Below, piece after piece: positions 1 through 14,486 of a stretch of 64,000 bases of DNA. How positions within the stretch are numbered: the first letter of the stretch is position 1; every line of letters starts with the position of its first letter. The stretch is from Eledone cirrhosa (Eukaryota). Where the stretch lies: NCBI GenBank assembly GCA_964016885.1, contig OZ024740.1, positions 209,622,001-209,686,000 of the forward strand. Direction: 5' to 3'. The position numbers and the translations under genes were made by a program. The notes under the pieces are model-generated. The model did not search any database. It saw only the letters and a list, made by a program, of their open reading frames with translations, and was not told the DNA's origin.

Positions 1-2036
1 ATACTATGTAAATAAGGTCTGGATTTTTGCCCATTTATCAGACATAAAATAGTTGGGTTGTATTATATTTGAGTATGTCGATAAAATAAAGTACCAGTAA
101 TGCACTGGGTAATTTCTGGCCTTGTGCTAATAGTAGAAACAATTATATTTGAGTATATATGGTATTTTTAGCATTTCTTCTGTTTATGCACTCTCTCTCC
201 TGTCCTCTCTCCCTTTCCTTTCTCATTCCTACTCTCCCCCCCCTCTCTCAACTACTTCCTACTATGTCAATCAACCTGCCTTTATCTTGGTCACCATCTA
301 CCACTGCCCTTGACACTCCTTCAGTCAGCTGTAATTATCTTTTCTATTCTCATCACTTATTCATATCACCATAGTCTTCTTTGGTAAGCAACACCTGTTA
401 CCTTTAGTTTTAAAGGTCACCATTTTGCTTTATTTATTTTATTTATTTATTTATTTATTTTTACATTATTTGTAAATTACCTAAAAATGGAACAAGAATA
501 TAAACAAGAATGATATTTCATTTCCTGCATGTTATTGTTTAACCACAAATCAGTCCTGATCAAGAAAACCTTGACTATCCCGTCTTTTTACATTTACTAT
601 TGTATTTTCACGATAAAGGCTCTACCTCACATAATTATCTCACATAATATCAAATCTATGGGATTATGATATTATTTATTTTGAGTACAATACCATCACA
701 TCAGTATGATAGTCCGGTTACAGATGATTTGAACAGAAAGAGGTGAGAGAATTCTGGCCAGATAATGGCCGGTTTAAATGCTAAAGGGTTAATGTAATTC
801 TCTGAGAGATTCAGCATGGCACACTGTGTGACAAAGCCGGCCTTTTGAATTACAGGTACTGTCTATCTCATGGGCTTCCAAACAGTTTCTGTCTACCTAA
901 TTTCATTCATATGGCATAGGTTGACTCAGGGCTATGGTAAATGACACTTGCCCGTGACACCACTCAGTGAGACTGAATGATTATGAAGTTAACTTCTTTG
1001 CCACACAGCTACGTTGCATTGACAGAATCAACTGTAGTTTGGCATAAAGTCTGGGATGATCAAACATTCAAGTATAAATCTAATTAAGATCAATTATCAC
1101 TAAAAGCATTGGTTATCCAAATTCAACAGCCAACATTAGCCATTTTGACAGCTGAGTAATTATCTCGGAAACACGCACACATGCACACACTATCTTTCTT
1201 TCCTTTTTCTGCTCTTCTTTCTCTTTGATTAACACTTTCATTACCTTATTTCTAATGAAAGACACTGTCTATGACTTTCAAATAATTTTGAAAATAATCA
1301 AGAATTTGAAAGGATTTGGTAAAATAAGTAACTTTCTTATTAATTATCTGGTGTTTCACAAAGGTTCTTACATAAAATTATAATTGTTTCTACTTTTGGC
1401 ACAAGGCCAGCAATTATCCAGTGCATTACTGGTACTTTATTTTATCGACCCAGTAAGGATGAAAGGCAAAGTTAATCTCAATGAGAGTTGAACTCAGACC
1501 ATAAAGGGCCGTAACTCTATGCTGAAAGGCATGGCATCTGACCCTCTACTGATTCTAATCCACTGCCATTACATAAAATTATAATGGAAGGTTTTTAGGT
1601 AGATATAAACATTTGAAAAGAAATAGCTTTGCATCATATAACCAGGGGCAGTTTCAGGTGTTTTGGTAATGAAAGGGTTAAGGATTCCATCTCATCCAAA
1701 TGGAATGGGTTAGACATTGAAGAAGAACATTATCTTATTTGAGGGCGGTGGATTGACAGAATCGGCAGTGTCAGACAAACTGCTTTGCAGTATTTGTCCT
1801 GACTCCTATGTTCTGAGTTCAAATCCTGCTGAGGTCAGCTTTACCTTTCATTCTTACGGTGTCAATAAAATAAAGTACCAGTAATGCACTGGAGTTGATT
1901 TAATTGTCTTTCCCTTCTACCAAAATGGTTGGCCTTATGCCTAAATCAGAAGAGCATTATTTTATTTGCTGCTGTCTCTGTAACAAGAAATTAACTTCTA
2001 CTTGAGTTTTAATGAATTAGAAAGTTTTACAATTAT

Positions 2037-2290
2037 TTCACCTTTTTGATACCAAACCACCTGAAACCACCCCTGGTTCTATGATACAAATATGTTTATT
2101 TTAATGTGTGTATCTAAAAACATTCCACATAATTTATGTAAGAAACTTTATCAAGTTATGTTCCAAACAGCAACTTAATAAGAAAGTTAATTATATTTAT
2201 AAATCTCCTGAAATTATTGATTATTTTTCAGAATTATTTGAAAATCATAGTCAGTGTCTTTCATTAGAAATATGGTAATGAAAGGGTTAA
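2037..2290. mobile_element. piggyBac-like MITE, family B
   Basis: cctttttgataccaaaccacctgaaacc...cattagaaatatggtaatgaaaggg-TTAA. Other copies at about 1229-1681, 14160-15015, 22539-22800, 24457-24716, 26295-26554, 26927-27165, 34320-34544 and 34746-34971. Confidence 0.7.
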
Positions 2291-5000
2291 AAGGAAAAGA
2301 ATAAAATTGATCGCTTTATCTGAATTTCCTCAACTGAAGGGATAATTTGGTTCTGAAAAATTTAACTTAATAAAAAAAAGACCAATGGCTGATGATGATA
2401 AAGATATGAAAGAGATAATTCAACTGTTATCATGGTTAGGGCGTTATCTACATTTCAGTTATATAATTGATTTCATTGATAATTTATTGTTATATTTCAT
2501 AATTAATTTAATTAGCACAATCATCATAATTTCTCATGTATATATATATTTTGGCTGTGAACATTTCTCTTCATAATCCTTTCATTTAGATTTTATATAG
2601 TAAAACCTACTACAGTCAGTAGGCATCTCTAACAATGTTAACGGATGTTAAACGTTGATGATGATGATGAAACCAGTTACCACTGAACAACTAAAAAGAT
2701 TATGAAACAGAATATAATAAACAGCATGATTAGCAGCTTTGTAAACAACTTGTTTTAAATTTGTGTCTGATGCAACAGAACTTTATATATAAAGGGGAAA
2801 TTATTCTCTGGACTAACTTATTCTATGTGAATATAGAATAAGTTAGGACAGCTGTGTTTCAGGAAAGAGAAAACCAGTGAATGTAGGTTTTGGTTTTCTT
2901 TTGGTATCGTCATCACCTTTATTTGTGGAATTTTAAAGTTGACTGACCTAAAGTTTTGTTCATAAACTAATGAAGTGGATTTTGATAGATTAAATAAAAA
3001 ATATATTGATGGCTGCTATGCAACATAGACTATACACCTATATGTAATGGGTTGATGGAGTAGATAAAAAAACAAAAACAACATAATTTCTCATTCTACT
3101 CTCCTATTCATGATATTATTTTATTCTTATTAAGAATAACTGTAAAATATACCCTAAAAGAAAATGACTGAAAACCAATCATGATGGTTTCCCCAACAAT
3201 AACTATTACCATACTGTTTAAGTTTTCTTATCCTTTGTTTCAAAGTTATCAATAAAAATTGATCTTAGCTAAAAGTCTTTTGACTTCAGTCTGTTATAGC
3301 TTCTTTGTTCAAATTGTATTGGATCTAAAGAAAATTATGTTGGTATAAAGACAATAAGTTCATCTGGAAAACACTAAATTTGCTATTCCTTTGAAAAAGT
3401 CTTTCTTATTGGAGTTCACCATTGACCAGAGGAAAAATTGGTTGGAGCCAGGATCATTAAATATGTTTAAAGTAAGAGAACCAACTCAATAGAGGCATTT
3501 GGCCTTATACTTTTAAAGACTGGTGGGATACATATGTCATATGAATTTAACCTAAAACCCTAGTGAGAATATGTCCCCAAAAGTCATTTCATCAAATTCA
3601 ACTTTGAAAGCTTGTACAGTTGTTGCCCCATACTTGTACAAGGAGGTTCCTGTAAACAAGTCTCCTTGGAAATTGCTTTATTTTGTTCATTCAAGTAAGT
3701 TTAATGTTCATATTTTATTGCACTCTATTTTTCCTCTCAGTTTATATGGTATTTCAAAGGAATGGTTAATTTTGTAAATATTTTATTCAGGGAAATAGCA
3801 ATTCTAATTCATGAATTTAGACATGAAAGAGTCTGATATGGAAACTATGTGATACAACAGCTGCAGCCTGATGACTAGTAGTTGGAAAGGTTGATTTATG
3901 TTTTGTTGGAAAGGTTGAAGTGTGGTTTTGAAGGGCTTGTTTGAATTTTAATTTATGTCTTGTTCAAAATATGTCTAGTTGATGTTGATTGTAGGATTAT
4001 GGTTTGCATTTGCTTGAGGTCGTGGATAACATGGGCTTGGTTTACATTTTATTCACTCAAGTAATTTTTATAGGTTTTTAGCAATATTGCAGAACATTTG
4101 TTTACTAATGATCAAGACAAGGTAGTAAATTTATACATAAAGATGTTAAAAGTTCGCATTCATTTTTTTATCTATTTATATCAAATTACCTTCACTTTTG
4201 AGGAAGGTCACAATACAATTATATATATTATATTTGCAAGTTAGTTCAGCATATTAGTTTCAAAATTGCTTCTGTTTGACATATTTCTTTCATCATAAAA
4301 TTATTTTTATTATCAAATTTCAAAATGAGGCTTCACATGTTTTCTTCCTATTATTGCTTTTGTATAAAATTAGTTCTATCTTCCTTTCCCTCTCCTTCTA
4401 CTGAGCAAATAAATCTACTTACATGTAAACTTCAAGTGACATCATCTTAGGTAATAAATATGCCAGTCTGAAATGAAATAGTTTAAAAATGAGATAAGAC
4501 ATTTTTTCTTCTTTGCTAAATGGTTTTCTTTGTTTCATATTATTTATTATAAATGTTCTTAGATTTGTTGTTTCATATTGCTTTTGTTTTAAAGTGATCT
4601 GCTGAATGTATTGTCACCACACCTGTTATGCATAATAGTAATATAATTCTAGCTCTGAATTTATTTGTGCACCCGTTAAGAAAGTATGAAGTGTGAACAT
4701 GTTTCATTGAAACAAGTTGGATGAACTTTTGCTACACCTTCACCTAAACAAAACCAACAAGCTAAAACCACTGAGCTAAAAAACAAAACAAAATGATATC
4801 CTGTATCAGCAGCCACTATAAGGTAGCAGAGAGGGAGAGTAACCTTATGGTAGACTGACTTTACTCACAGTTGCTGATAACAATATGCCCAAAACCTGCT
4901 CTGGCTCTATGAAACAAAACCACCCATTTTAATGGGTTCCTGTTTAAATCAAAATCTTCAAACATAATTTTATATAAGGTCCATATGTTATGTTACTACC

Positions 5001-5262
5001 TTAACCCTTTAGCATTTAAACCGGCCATATCCAGCCAGAATTCTCTCATCTCTCACCTCTTTCTGGCCATTCATACTGATGTTAATGTATTGTTCTCAAA
5101 ATAAATAATATCAACATCTCATAGATTCAATATTATGTGAGATATTATGTGATATAAAGCCTTTACCACAAAAATACAATAGTATCATCATCATCATCAT
5201 CATCATCATCTTCGTTTAACATCTGTTTCCACGCGAGAGTAATGTAAATGCTAAAGGGTTAA
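5001..5262. mobile_element. piggyBac-like MITE, family A
   Basis: TTAA-ccctttagcattta...taaatgctaaaggg-TTAA. Other copies at about 590-792, 14223-14677, 26028-26237, 27398-27616, 29731-29936, 36824-37039 and 39406-39593. Confidence 0.8.
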
Positions 5263-7401
5263 TGATGAAATAATTAATGGTTTTAGTCAATCTCATAAAA
5301 TTCTTCATTAATTAATTGAAATAGTGTATTTCATTAGAAATACGTCAATGAAAGGGTTACAGGAGACTGATTCTCTATTGTTGCTTGTATTGGTATATTT
5401 AATATATTATGCCTCATTGGTCTTATGATAAGCTTTGGCCTGATAAACTTCTGGGTTCAAGAAAGACTTTAACTTGGACAATAGAATAAATAGCAGGGAG
5501 GAGAAATAGAAGAAATGAAGGGAGGAGAGCAGAAAGATAACCTAACAACAGATTGAAAAGAAATTTAATAAGTTTATATTTACATATCATATTACCATGT
5601 AAAGATGTCTATGATTAATTACATATTTACATCATTACATAGGTCTGAAGAGAGTTGGGCTCTACCAGACTTTAAACAAGGCTCAAGAAATGCTGTATGC
5701 CAATACAGTGCCCCTATGGCTCCATTGGAAGTTAGGGGATAAAACAAAACAAAAGATCATTATATATGTGAAGACACATGGATTCCTAATCATAAGGTTG
5801 TGGGTTTGACCCCTAGACTAAGAAGTGCATTGTGTTCTTGAGCAAGGCACTTCATTTCATGTTATTCTAGTCTACATAGCTAAAAATGAGAACCAGTGGC
5901 AGCAGCAGCAGCTTGGAAGTTGACTTTACAATGGACTCTCAACTTTTTAACGTCACATGAAACCAGGATAAACCTCTAGATTCAAGAAAGACTTTAAGTA
6001 TTTATACCACCATATATACTATGGACCCTTAACATTTAGTGGAAGAACCATTATGGGTAAGCTGGTATGACTATAATGGTGGAACTAGAAGAGAATAAAG
6101 TAAGAATGACAAAATTAAACAATAGTTTTACCCTATATTTCATATTTCAAGGTTAAAACCTCTCTATCAAATAAAGAATAATCGGAGTGTCATGTTCTTA
6201 ATGTTTATTCATTTGATAAAGATATTCTTAATTCAAAATATTATAAAATGTTGAGTAAAAACTTGTTTTGTTTTGTCATTCTCATTTTACTTTACTCTAG
6301 TTTCTTCTTCCACTTCTTCATCTTAGGGTTGTAGGGACAGAGTCCTCAGAACAGTCAATTTATCAACCCCACTACTCAACTGATATTTATTTTATTCACT
6401 CCAGAAGGATGAAAGGCAAAGTTGATCTCATTGGGATTTGAACTCCCCATATAAATTGTTCTAAGTAAATACTACAAGTATTTTTTTCTTCTGAAGTTCT
6501 AATGATTCTTCCAATACACTGACCTATGTTTACCCAAGTTGTAGCTTTAGATCATGTTTTAAAAGTTCAAATTTGACCTTGTGACCTCTGAAGCAACTTT
6601 TTAATCCATAGTGTGTAGATAAGTTGAAAAGAAATCCTACTTGACATAGTTATTCATTAAAAGGGATATCCAATAAGCAGTAAGCTGATCTCAAGCCCTC
6701 CTATTTTGAATGTCTGAACAGAAGATATTGTTGACCTATGACATTCCATATGCTAGGATATTGAGACCAGAATGACAATAATATTTGTAACTGTGGTGGA
6801 GAAAAGAGGGGCAAGCTCTGGTCTTATGTGACTGTTAATAGAAACAAGTATAAAATAAATAAGGGGTTTTGTTTGTTGTAGTAGCTGACTGTTTCAACCT
6901 CTTTTATTTCATTCCTGAGCAGTCAGTTAAACTTCTTGTCAAGTTAAGAATTGTAATCCCTAAAGTTACCTGTCACCCAGCCAGTGTCATTGTAAGGGGA
7001 CATGGCTCTGTTGGTAAACTTTACCTGTGTTTGTTTTGCCCCTCTTTTAATACCTAAGGAATGTATGTACCTATGTGTGTGTGTATCTATACATGTTTGT
7101 ATGTTCTATAAGTGTGGATACATATATATATATATATATACACATGCCTGTAAACATCTGTACAAATCCATGCACACACAGTGTGGACAATAAAGAAAGA
7201 ATGGAGTTCAGCGAAATGTTATTACGAAAATAAAACAGTAACCATTTGTTGTTAAGTCTTCCAGTTAATCCTGTTCAGTTTTAATTGAATAACTCTTCAT
7301 TTTCTTCTTCCACATTATCAAAAGGTTTTCCGAATCCTCCCCAACTGGAATTCTTAAAGTTTCAATGAATTTTCCTTCACATAATAAGGATTGTTCTAAG
7401 C

Positions 7402-7693
7402 CAGTCATGGGTAACCTGCAGCCTGCGAAGCTTTCTGAATGGCTCGCCTAAGTCACTTAAGTGAAATCTTTCTGATTTTTTTACCCCAACTTTTCAGTCG
7501 TAATTTATCTTTCTATCATTTTTACGATCAAGGAAAACAACGTGTACAAATTCTGAAGAAATAAATCAAAACAACCTGAGTTACTGCCCTTTTTTTTTAA
7601 TGTGGGCACAAATGTAAATTAGTGATTGTGGCCTGCTTGATGATGAGCCATATCTCATGTGGCCCGCTTCTCGAAAAAGGTTGCCCATGCCTG
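7402..7693. mobile_element. hAT (Charlie-like) MITE
   Basis: TIRs cagtcatgggtaacct / aggttgcccatgcctg; 8-bp TSD ttctaagc / ttcgaagc. Confidence 0.85.
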
Positions 7694-8809
7694 TTCGAAG
7701 CAATCACCTTATCTTTTGTTTAACCTTTTCAATAGCAACCTGCCTGAGATTGCCCATCATTCTGTGATATAAAATCTCTGATTTTACAATGTCTATATTT
7801 AAATTAAAACCTTCCATCATAATTTTATGTAAGAACTGTTTATGTTCAATTAGAGTCCTTTACACTGTAGAAAATCATCATCTTCATTATTAAGAACCAC
7901 TTGGGGCTTATTATTTTGGCTATTTTAAAGATTATACATACATGCAATACACACATATCTACCTACCTACCTACATTCATTCATACATACATATATATAT
8001 ATACATACATGCACACACACACACATATATAACTGTTTATGTTGTGTGTGTATGATGTTTCCATTCATAAACTACATCAAAACAGAGAAAATTGACCTTT
8101 TATTTTATTTAATCCTTCACTGTAAATGCCAACAGTTTATCATCAGCTCTACTTATTTTCTAAAGGGTTTTCTTGTTTGTCTTTAAATATCCAAGTAGAA
8201 ATAAAAAGATTAGAAAGGCTAAGTTTATTTGATAAGGTTGATATTTCCCCTAATTTTTGTAAATATCAGTATGGCAGTGGATTGGTAGAATTTTGGAGTC
8301 TAGGACAAAAAGCTTTGCAGTATTTGTTCTATCTCTCTCTGCTCTGAGTTCAAATCTTGGAGAGGTCAGCTTTTCCTTTCCACCTTTCTGGATTCAATAA
8401 AATAAAGTACCAGTCTAGAGTGATTGTTAGTGTGTCAGTATTTGCTTTGGCTCTTTGCATTCTGCGTTCAAATCCTCTCTGTGGCCCTTAGGAGGTAGAC
8501 ATAATTTATTGCCCAGTTTAACACCACCACTTGATCCTTGGGTTTCTTCAGTGGAGTCCACTGCTTTACAAGCATTAAGGCCAGGTCACAGATTTGAGAA
8601 TAACTCCCTCCTTCTCTCCAACCAGTTACAGAAGCCCTGAAAAGGTCCATGGGCACTGACCTTTGCTCTCTGACTAAACAGTAAGAGAAGGAAATGTGAT
8701 AGTTACTGTTTAGCTCCAACTTAGCTCTTACATATGATGAGAGACTCGAAGGCATATCATTCTTTTTTTTTTTTAATACTTTCACACCTGTGTACTCCCG
8801 ACTAACATA

Positions 8810-9063
8810 CTGTATATACTCAAATATAAACCAAGGAATATTTGACCAAAACATTGATGGTGAAATGGGAGGTTGGCTTATATACGCCATCTAAACATAA
8901 TATATTGTTTAGCTGCCTCTGTTTATAAGCAGGGTTTTGATTTTCGCTTATTTCTCAGACATAAAATAGGGGGTTGGCTTATATTTGAATCAACATGTTT
9001 GAGTCATCATCATCATCGTTTAACGTCTATCTTCCATGCTAGCATGGGTTAGAGTATATACGA
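8810..9063. mobile_element. pogo/Tigger-like MITE carrying a short RTE-tail insertion (9005-9052)
   Basis: TA-ctgtatatactc...gagtatatacga-TA termini; the right end of a related copy lies at 1-162. Confidence 0.6.
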
Positions 9064-10299
9064 TAATTGTTTTAAAAACAGCTAGTTGTGATTTGATGGA
9101 AATTAGCCTGCTATTTCTAGCAGGTCAAGCAACTATGCTATGTAGAGGCTCGTTCATGGTGTTTACATTTCTGATTTCTGTACAGAAATAGTGTTAGCCT
9201 GTGTTGTTTTCTGGTACTTTTATTTTATCAACTCTGGAAGGAGAAAAGACAAAGTTAATCTTCGCAGGAATTGAACATAGAATCTAAAGGGTTGTGAAAT
9301 AATACTAATTGTTTCTACTTTGGGCACAAGGCCAGCAATTACCCCAGTGCATTACTGGTGCTTTAATTTATCGACCTGAAAAGCAAAGTTAACCTCGGTA
9401 GGATTTGAACTCAGACCGTAAAGGGCCGTAACTCTATGCTGCAAAGCATGGCATCCAACCCTCTACCGATACTGCCAAATGATTAAAAACAATAATATCA
9501 GATCCCAGAATCCTGTCCCTCTTAGAAGAGGTGACCTTCATAGACTAAAACGTTGGCAAAATATTCTGTAGCAGACCCATCTCATAGAAGAGGTGATCCT
9601 CATAGACTAAAACATTATCAAAATATTGTGTAGCAGACTCATCCAGCTCATCTCAGAAAGGAAAACAGATGTTAAAATAATGATGATATTTCATTTCATC
9701 TACAGTTATGGTTTAGCAGCAAGAAGAGCATCTGTGTGTGTGTGTAGGGGGTGGCAGAAAAGGAAGATAGGTGCTTTCGTTAATTCATCCCGCATATATT
9801 TCATTTTTTTTTTCATGTGTAATTTGGTTATATATATATATATATGTGTGTGTGAAAGGAGGCATTTGATTTGACAGACTCATTAGAACATTGGATATTT
9901 GTTCTAGGTTTCTGAATTCAGACCCTGCCAAAGTCCACTTTGCCTTGCATCCTTTGAGGGTCAATAAAAAAAGTTTCAGCCCAGTTAGGTGCAGCCCTTT
10001 TTCCTATCAGCTGGATCAAAGGCTACCTAAACCCTTAGCAAAAGCATGGTACATACTACCAAGTCATGCTCAATTATGAGTGACAGCTGAAGTTTTACTT
10101 TTAAATACACACACACACACACTTATATATATATCTATGCGTGCACACGCACATCATATATGAGGGTATGACAATATTCGGAGTTTGTTTGGGTCCCAAT
10201 AATTTTGAGAATCTACTAATCATTTAATGACATTAACCATGATTGTAATATGGGTTTTCCACTGTGTATGCATATCTGTGTGTATTCTTTTATTCTTTT

Positions 10300-10650
10300 A
10301 CTTATTTCAGTTATTAGACTCTGGTCACATTTGGAAACCACCTTTAAGGGATTCAGTCAATTATTATGTCAACCTCAGTACTTTGTTTCTCAATTCTGGT
10401 ATTTATTTTATCGGTCTTAATTTATCAAACTGCTAAGTTGTAGGATAATAAAACAAACAGTAAACATAAACACAGACATGAACACACACACATATATACA
10501 TATCTATATGATAGGCTTCCCCACAGTTTTCATCTCCCAAATTACACTCAACTAGACATTGGTCAACCCATGGCTTTAGTAAAAGACACTTGCCCAAGGT
10601 TCTATGCAGTTGGAGTGAACCCAAAACCTTGTGGCTGCAAAGTAAACTTC
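10300..10650 (-). mobile_element. tRNA-derived SINE, third family
   Basis: Shared block ggcttcc..acagttt...gacacttgcccaagg...gaacccaaaacc.tgtggctg, also at about 870-1010 and 22205-22355. Confidence 0.6.
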
Positions 10651-12039
10651 TTAGATTTAATAATTTAATTGTTTTTAATTTAATGTTAAATTTTTTTTGC
10701 ACTAATTATTTAGAGTAATTAAAAACTAGTGCACTAAACAAGTTTCAAATATAATAATTAAGAAAATTTTGCTGGAACATTTAAAAAATGTAACACCATC
10801 ATCATCATCATCAGTAACAGCAACATCATTTTACATTCACTTGCCATGCTGCCATGGCTTGGACAGGTTGTCATGATCCGAGCCAGTTTTATACAGAGTT
10901 ACTGGCCTCCTATGGTTTCAATTTTACATATTTTAATTGAAGCTTTGGGAAATAACTTTTATTTTCATTCTAAGCTTATGAAATTATGACTAATTTTATT
11001 TAGCAACCTAAAAATATTTACTTGCAAGTGGTTTCAAAAAAAGATTACATTAAAATACATAAGCAGTGTTAATTTATTTTCGTGAATGGAATTTCCCCCG
11101 ATATCCAGATATGGCTTGCTGTAGGCTTTATTTTTAGTAATTAGTTATCTCCGACGATTTATATCATTTACTAAATTTAATATTTCCAGATATCTTATAT
11201 ACATGTAAACATTTAATTTTGTGTATTTAATAACTGAATGCAATCATCATCATTTTACATTTGGTTTTCCAAGCTAGCATGGATCAGATGGATTGTTAAA
11301 ATCTGAGTCAGTTCTTATTCAGAATTACTGCACTCTAAGATAAGTTGGAGACTATGTCTTACACATATGTTCAATTTTTGACATGTTTTCTATGGCTGGA
11401 AGTACTTCCTATCATCAACCACTTTACAGAGTGTACTGGGGGTATTTTATCTTGGGACCAGCAATATATAGGCTGTCTTGTCTCTGACAAGATTAAAAAA
11501 TCTCTTCTTTCTTTTCTTTCTTACATAACTGTAAGAGAAAGCAGGGGTGATGGAAAAGTGAGGAAACGAACCAAGCAAGAGTGTGATAGAGGAGAAATAG
11601 TGTGTTGGGAGCGAGGGGGGGGGGGGCATAATGGAAGAGAGAGAGAGAGGGGCAGCTACATAATGGTAATTGGTAAGGAAGTAAATAGAAACATGAGTGA
11701 GTAATAGAAGAGAAAGTAATGGGAGAGAGCCAGAGTAAGAAGTTGATAGAGAGGAATAGAAAAATGTGTGATAGATTTCAATAAGTGATAGAGGGTGAAG
11801 TGAGAGGAGAAAGAGATGGCTGATAGGTGAGACTAAGTGGGGGATTGAATATGTGCTCATCCAATGGGTTGCCATTTTCATTACACAAGTGGCATGATAG
11901 GTGAGAAATAGAGTTAGAAGCAAAATGGGCAAGAAGAGCTAAATCTAGCTATTTAAACCATCACCATCATAATTTTTTGTACTTATTTTTCCATTGATTT
12001 GGGCAGTTTCTTTTTTTCTCCAGCATTGTCTTTTGCTAC

Positions 12040-12700
12040 TTGTCACTGTCCTTTGTCATTTCATTTGTGACGTTCAGCCTCTTGAGATCAGTCTTTACCC
12101 TTCCACAGGTTCCATTCACTCTGAGCACTTGGTACATCTTTACATAACTGATATCCTTCATATGCATCACATGTCACATTAACAGTGCAGTCTTCTCTTT
12201 TGAACACTATATCTGATTTTTTTCTTATATCCAATATTTCTCTTGGCATATTTGTGCTCCACTCTTCATATATACTCACATGGCATATCCAATGTAATAG
12301 ACTTACCTCATTTCTTCCCAGCCTTTGCAGGTATTTAAGCCCACCATATCTTGCTACCATGCAGCATGGCACTTCATACACAGCATTATAAAGTCTGCCC
12401 TCCACTCCTTGTAATAACTCTTTGTACTTATCCATCCTGTTCTTGCTCTGGTAACTTTGCTTTTGGAACACTCACCTCCACTACTAATTAGATCAGCTCA
12501 GTAACAAATGTTATCAGCTACTTCTAGACAGCCTTCCAAGCATTTGGTGGAGTTCATTTCCTATGTAGTTTTGCTTATAACTTCTGTACATCTGCCACAT
12601 ACAAAATTTATCTTCTTTCGCTGTGATTCCACTACACCTCTAGCACATCTTTAATTTATGGAATTCCTACAGTTTTTGACTTCTGAAATGCCATATATTT
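12040..12700 (-). mobile_element. Decayed RTE-clade LINE fragment
   Basis: ORF 12088-12471 resembles the 15.4-15.9 kb copy (GRLYNA...LQRLGRNEVSLLHWICHVS). Confidence 0.65.
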
Positions 12701-14267
12701 GTAATAGTGCTAGCAGTTTGTATTTTTACATTAAATCGCAGCTCTTGGTTTAGCTAGTAAGAGGGAGGAAGTGATATTACATAGGCATAAAATATGTTTA
12801 TTTCTTGCCAGTCTCAAAAAGAAAATTACTTATGTAAGAAGACTTGGAAAGAAGTAGTTAGATAATACTTAAAATAACACTGGATTGCTTTGTATGACCA
12901 GATATGTTTTAGACTTATCCAACTTGGAGAAATGTTAAAACAACATTGTAGAAAATCTTTTAAACACTTTCTTCAATTCATACTACTAGTTTTGTTTTCC
13001 CTCCTTGTAATATATTCGTTTTTCTCCTTTCAGATATTCATATGTACTTTTTCAAAATCTTCCAAACGTTTTAACATAGATAGTAATGCATCATATATTT
13101 ATGTTAATTTGGCTTGTTACTTGTTTTAAAGATATGTTATTTGTTTCTTCAATTTTTGTTTGTTTTCATAAAGAAATTTTTATATCTGAGGTTAGTAGCT
13201 TCACCATATCAAGTAGCATTTACTCTTTAATTATTTATTTTTTTCCATCCTGACCTAACATAGTTGTTCTTAGAAAGTGAAGCCTTGAATTTACATGGCA
13301 TCTTTAAATTAAATCCGACGCAAACTCTATGACTTACACCCTCACTCCTGACAAATGGTAGATATAATCAAATTCAACAACTGTTTACCCATTTCAGAGA
13401 ACCAGTCATTCAGTTTGTATGACCTTCATCATCTCTTTTTGAATTATATTACTAAAGACTATCTATCTATTCATCAAATACTTTATCACATCTGCCATAG
13501 CTATTTATATATGTAACTGTTCACATTGTATCTCAATTGTATCTACTCAAGCAGACCCCTTTTAAACAGAAATTATTCTTTCAGTCTGTCTTGAAACCTG
13601 TTTATTTTTCTCATGCCTTAACGTTTTTATTGCTGCTATATATACTCCTCCCGCCCTCCTATCCTCCCTTTTCTACTTCCTTTACTGTGTAATCATTCAC
13701 TACCATATTTCCACCTCAGTTAACTATTAGTCTCCTTGTTTGTTTTCATTGAATACTTCAAGCAGAATACAGCTTTTCCGACTTATTATTTCAATTGGAC
13801 TTTATAAAGAAATAACTAGTATTAACACAACCTTTGTAACAGAATCCATTGCAACTAGCACTCTGTTTGTTTTCTTATGTGTTTCATGTAGCTTTTTAGT
13901 AACAATCTAAACTGGTTCACTTTACTGGAAAAAAAGATATATTTCATAAACTAAAGGATGTCTTTGAAAAAACGACTAGCTTATTGTGTTTTTAGTTATC
14001 TTATTTTATATCTCCTGATTTTGTAAAGTGTTGATTAGTGTGTCTTTGTATAAGATTAATATTATGAGTTGCATCTGACCAAATCTATAAGGTGCCAAAC
14101 AACTGGTGAAGAAGTTAGATGTTTGAATGTTGTCATTAACATAGCATTGTGTCCCTTGCAAATTCTTTCCAATGGAAGACACTGTTTATGACTTCAAAAT
14201 CTTTTTGAAAATAGTCAAGTATTTAATCCTTTAGCATTTACATTACTCTATATATATATACTATTGT

Positions 14268-14486
14268 GAAGGCGTGTGACTGAGTGGTTAGAGAATTGGA
14301 TTCGCAGTCTTGAGGTTGTAAGTTCGATTCCCGGACCGGGCGATACGTTATGTCTTTGAGCAAGACACTTTATTTCACGTTGCTCCTTCTACCTGGAGTT
14401 GCGACCGATACATAGTACTAGCAACTGGAAAGACCAACGGAAACATTGTTTCCTCGGTCCGATTTGACGAAAGTCGATTGAAAAGA
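14268..14486 (+). mobile_element. tRNA-derived CORE-type SINE
   Basis: A/B-box head (gagtggttag...gttcgattcc), core ttgagcaagacactttatttcacgttgctcc, TSD atatactattgt. Relatives at about 5770-5900, 33850-33995(-), 41900-42185(-) and 50510-50620. Confidence 0.75.

Noticed and set aside
2385-2425. CTGATGA...GAAA hammerhead-like spacing
   Set aside because: No stem I, II or III pairing.
3240-3780. Possible upstream exon or TE coding remnant
   Set aside because: No sustained open frame or recognisable motif on either strand.
3862-3900. CTGATGA...GAAA hammerhead-like spacing
   Set aside because: No supporting helices or cleavage triplet.
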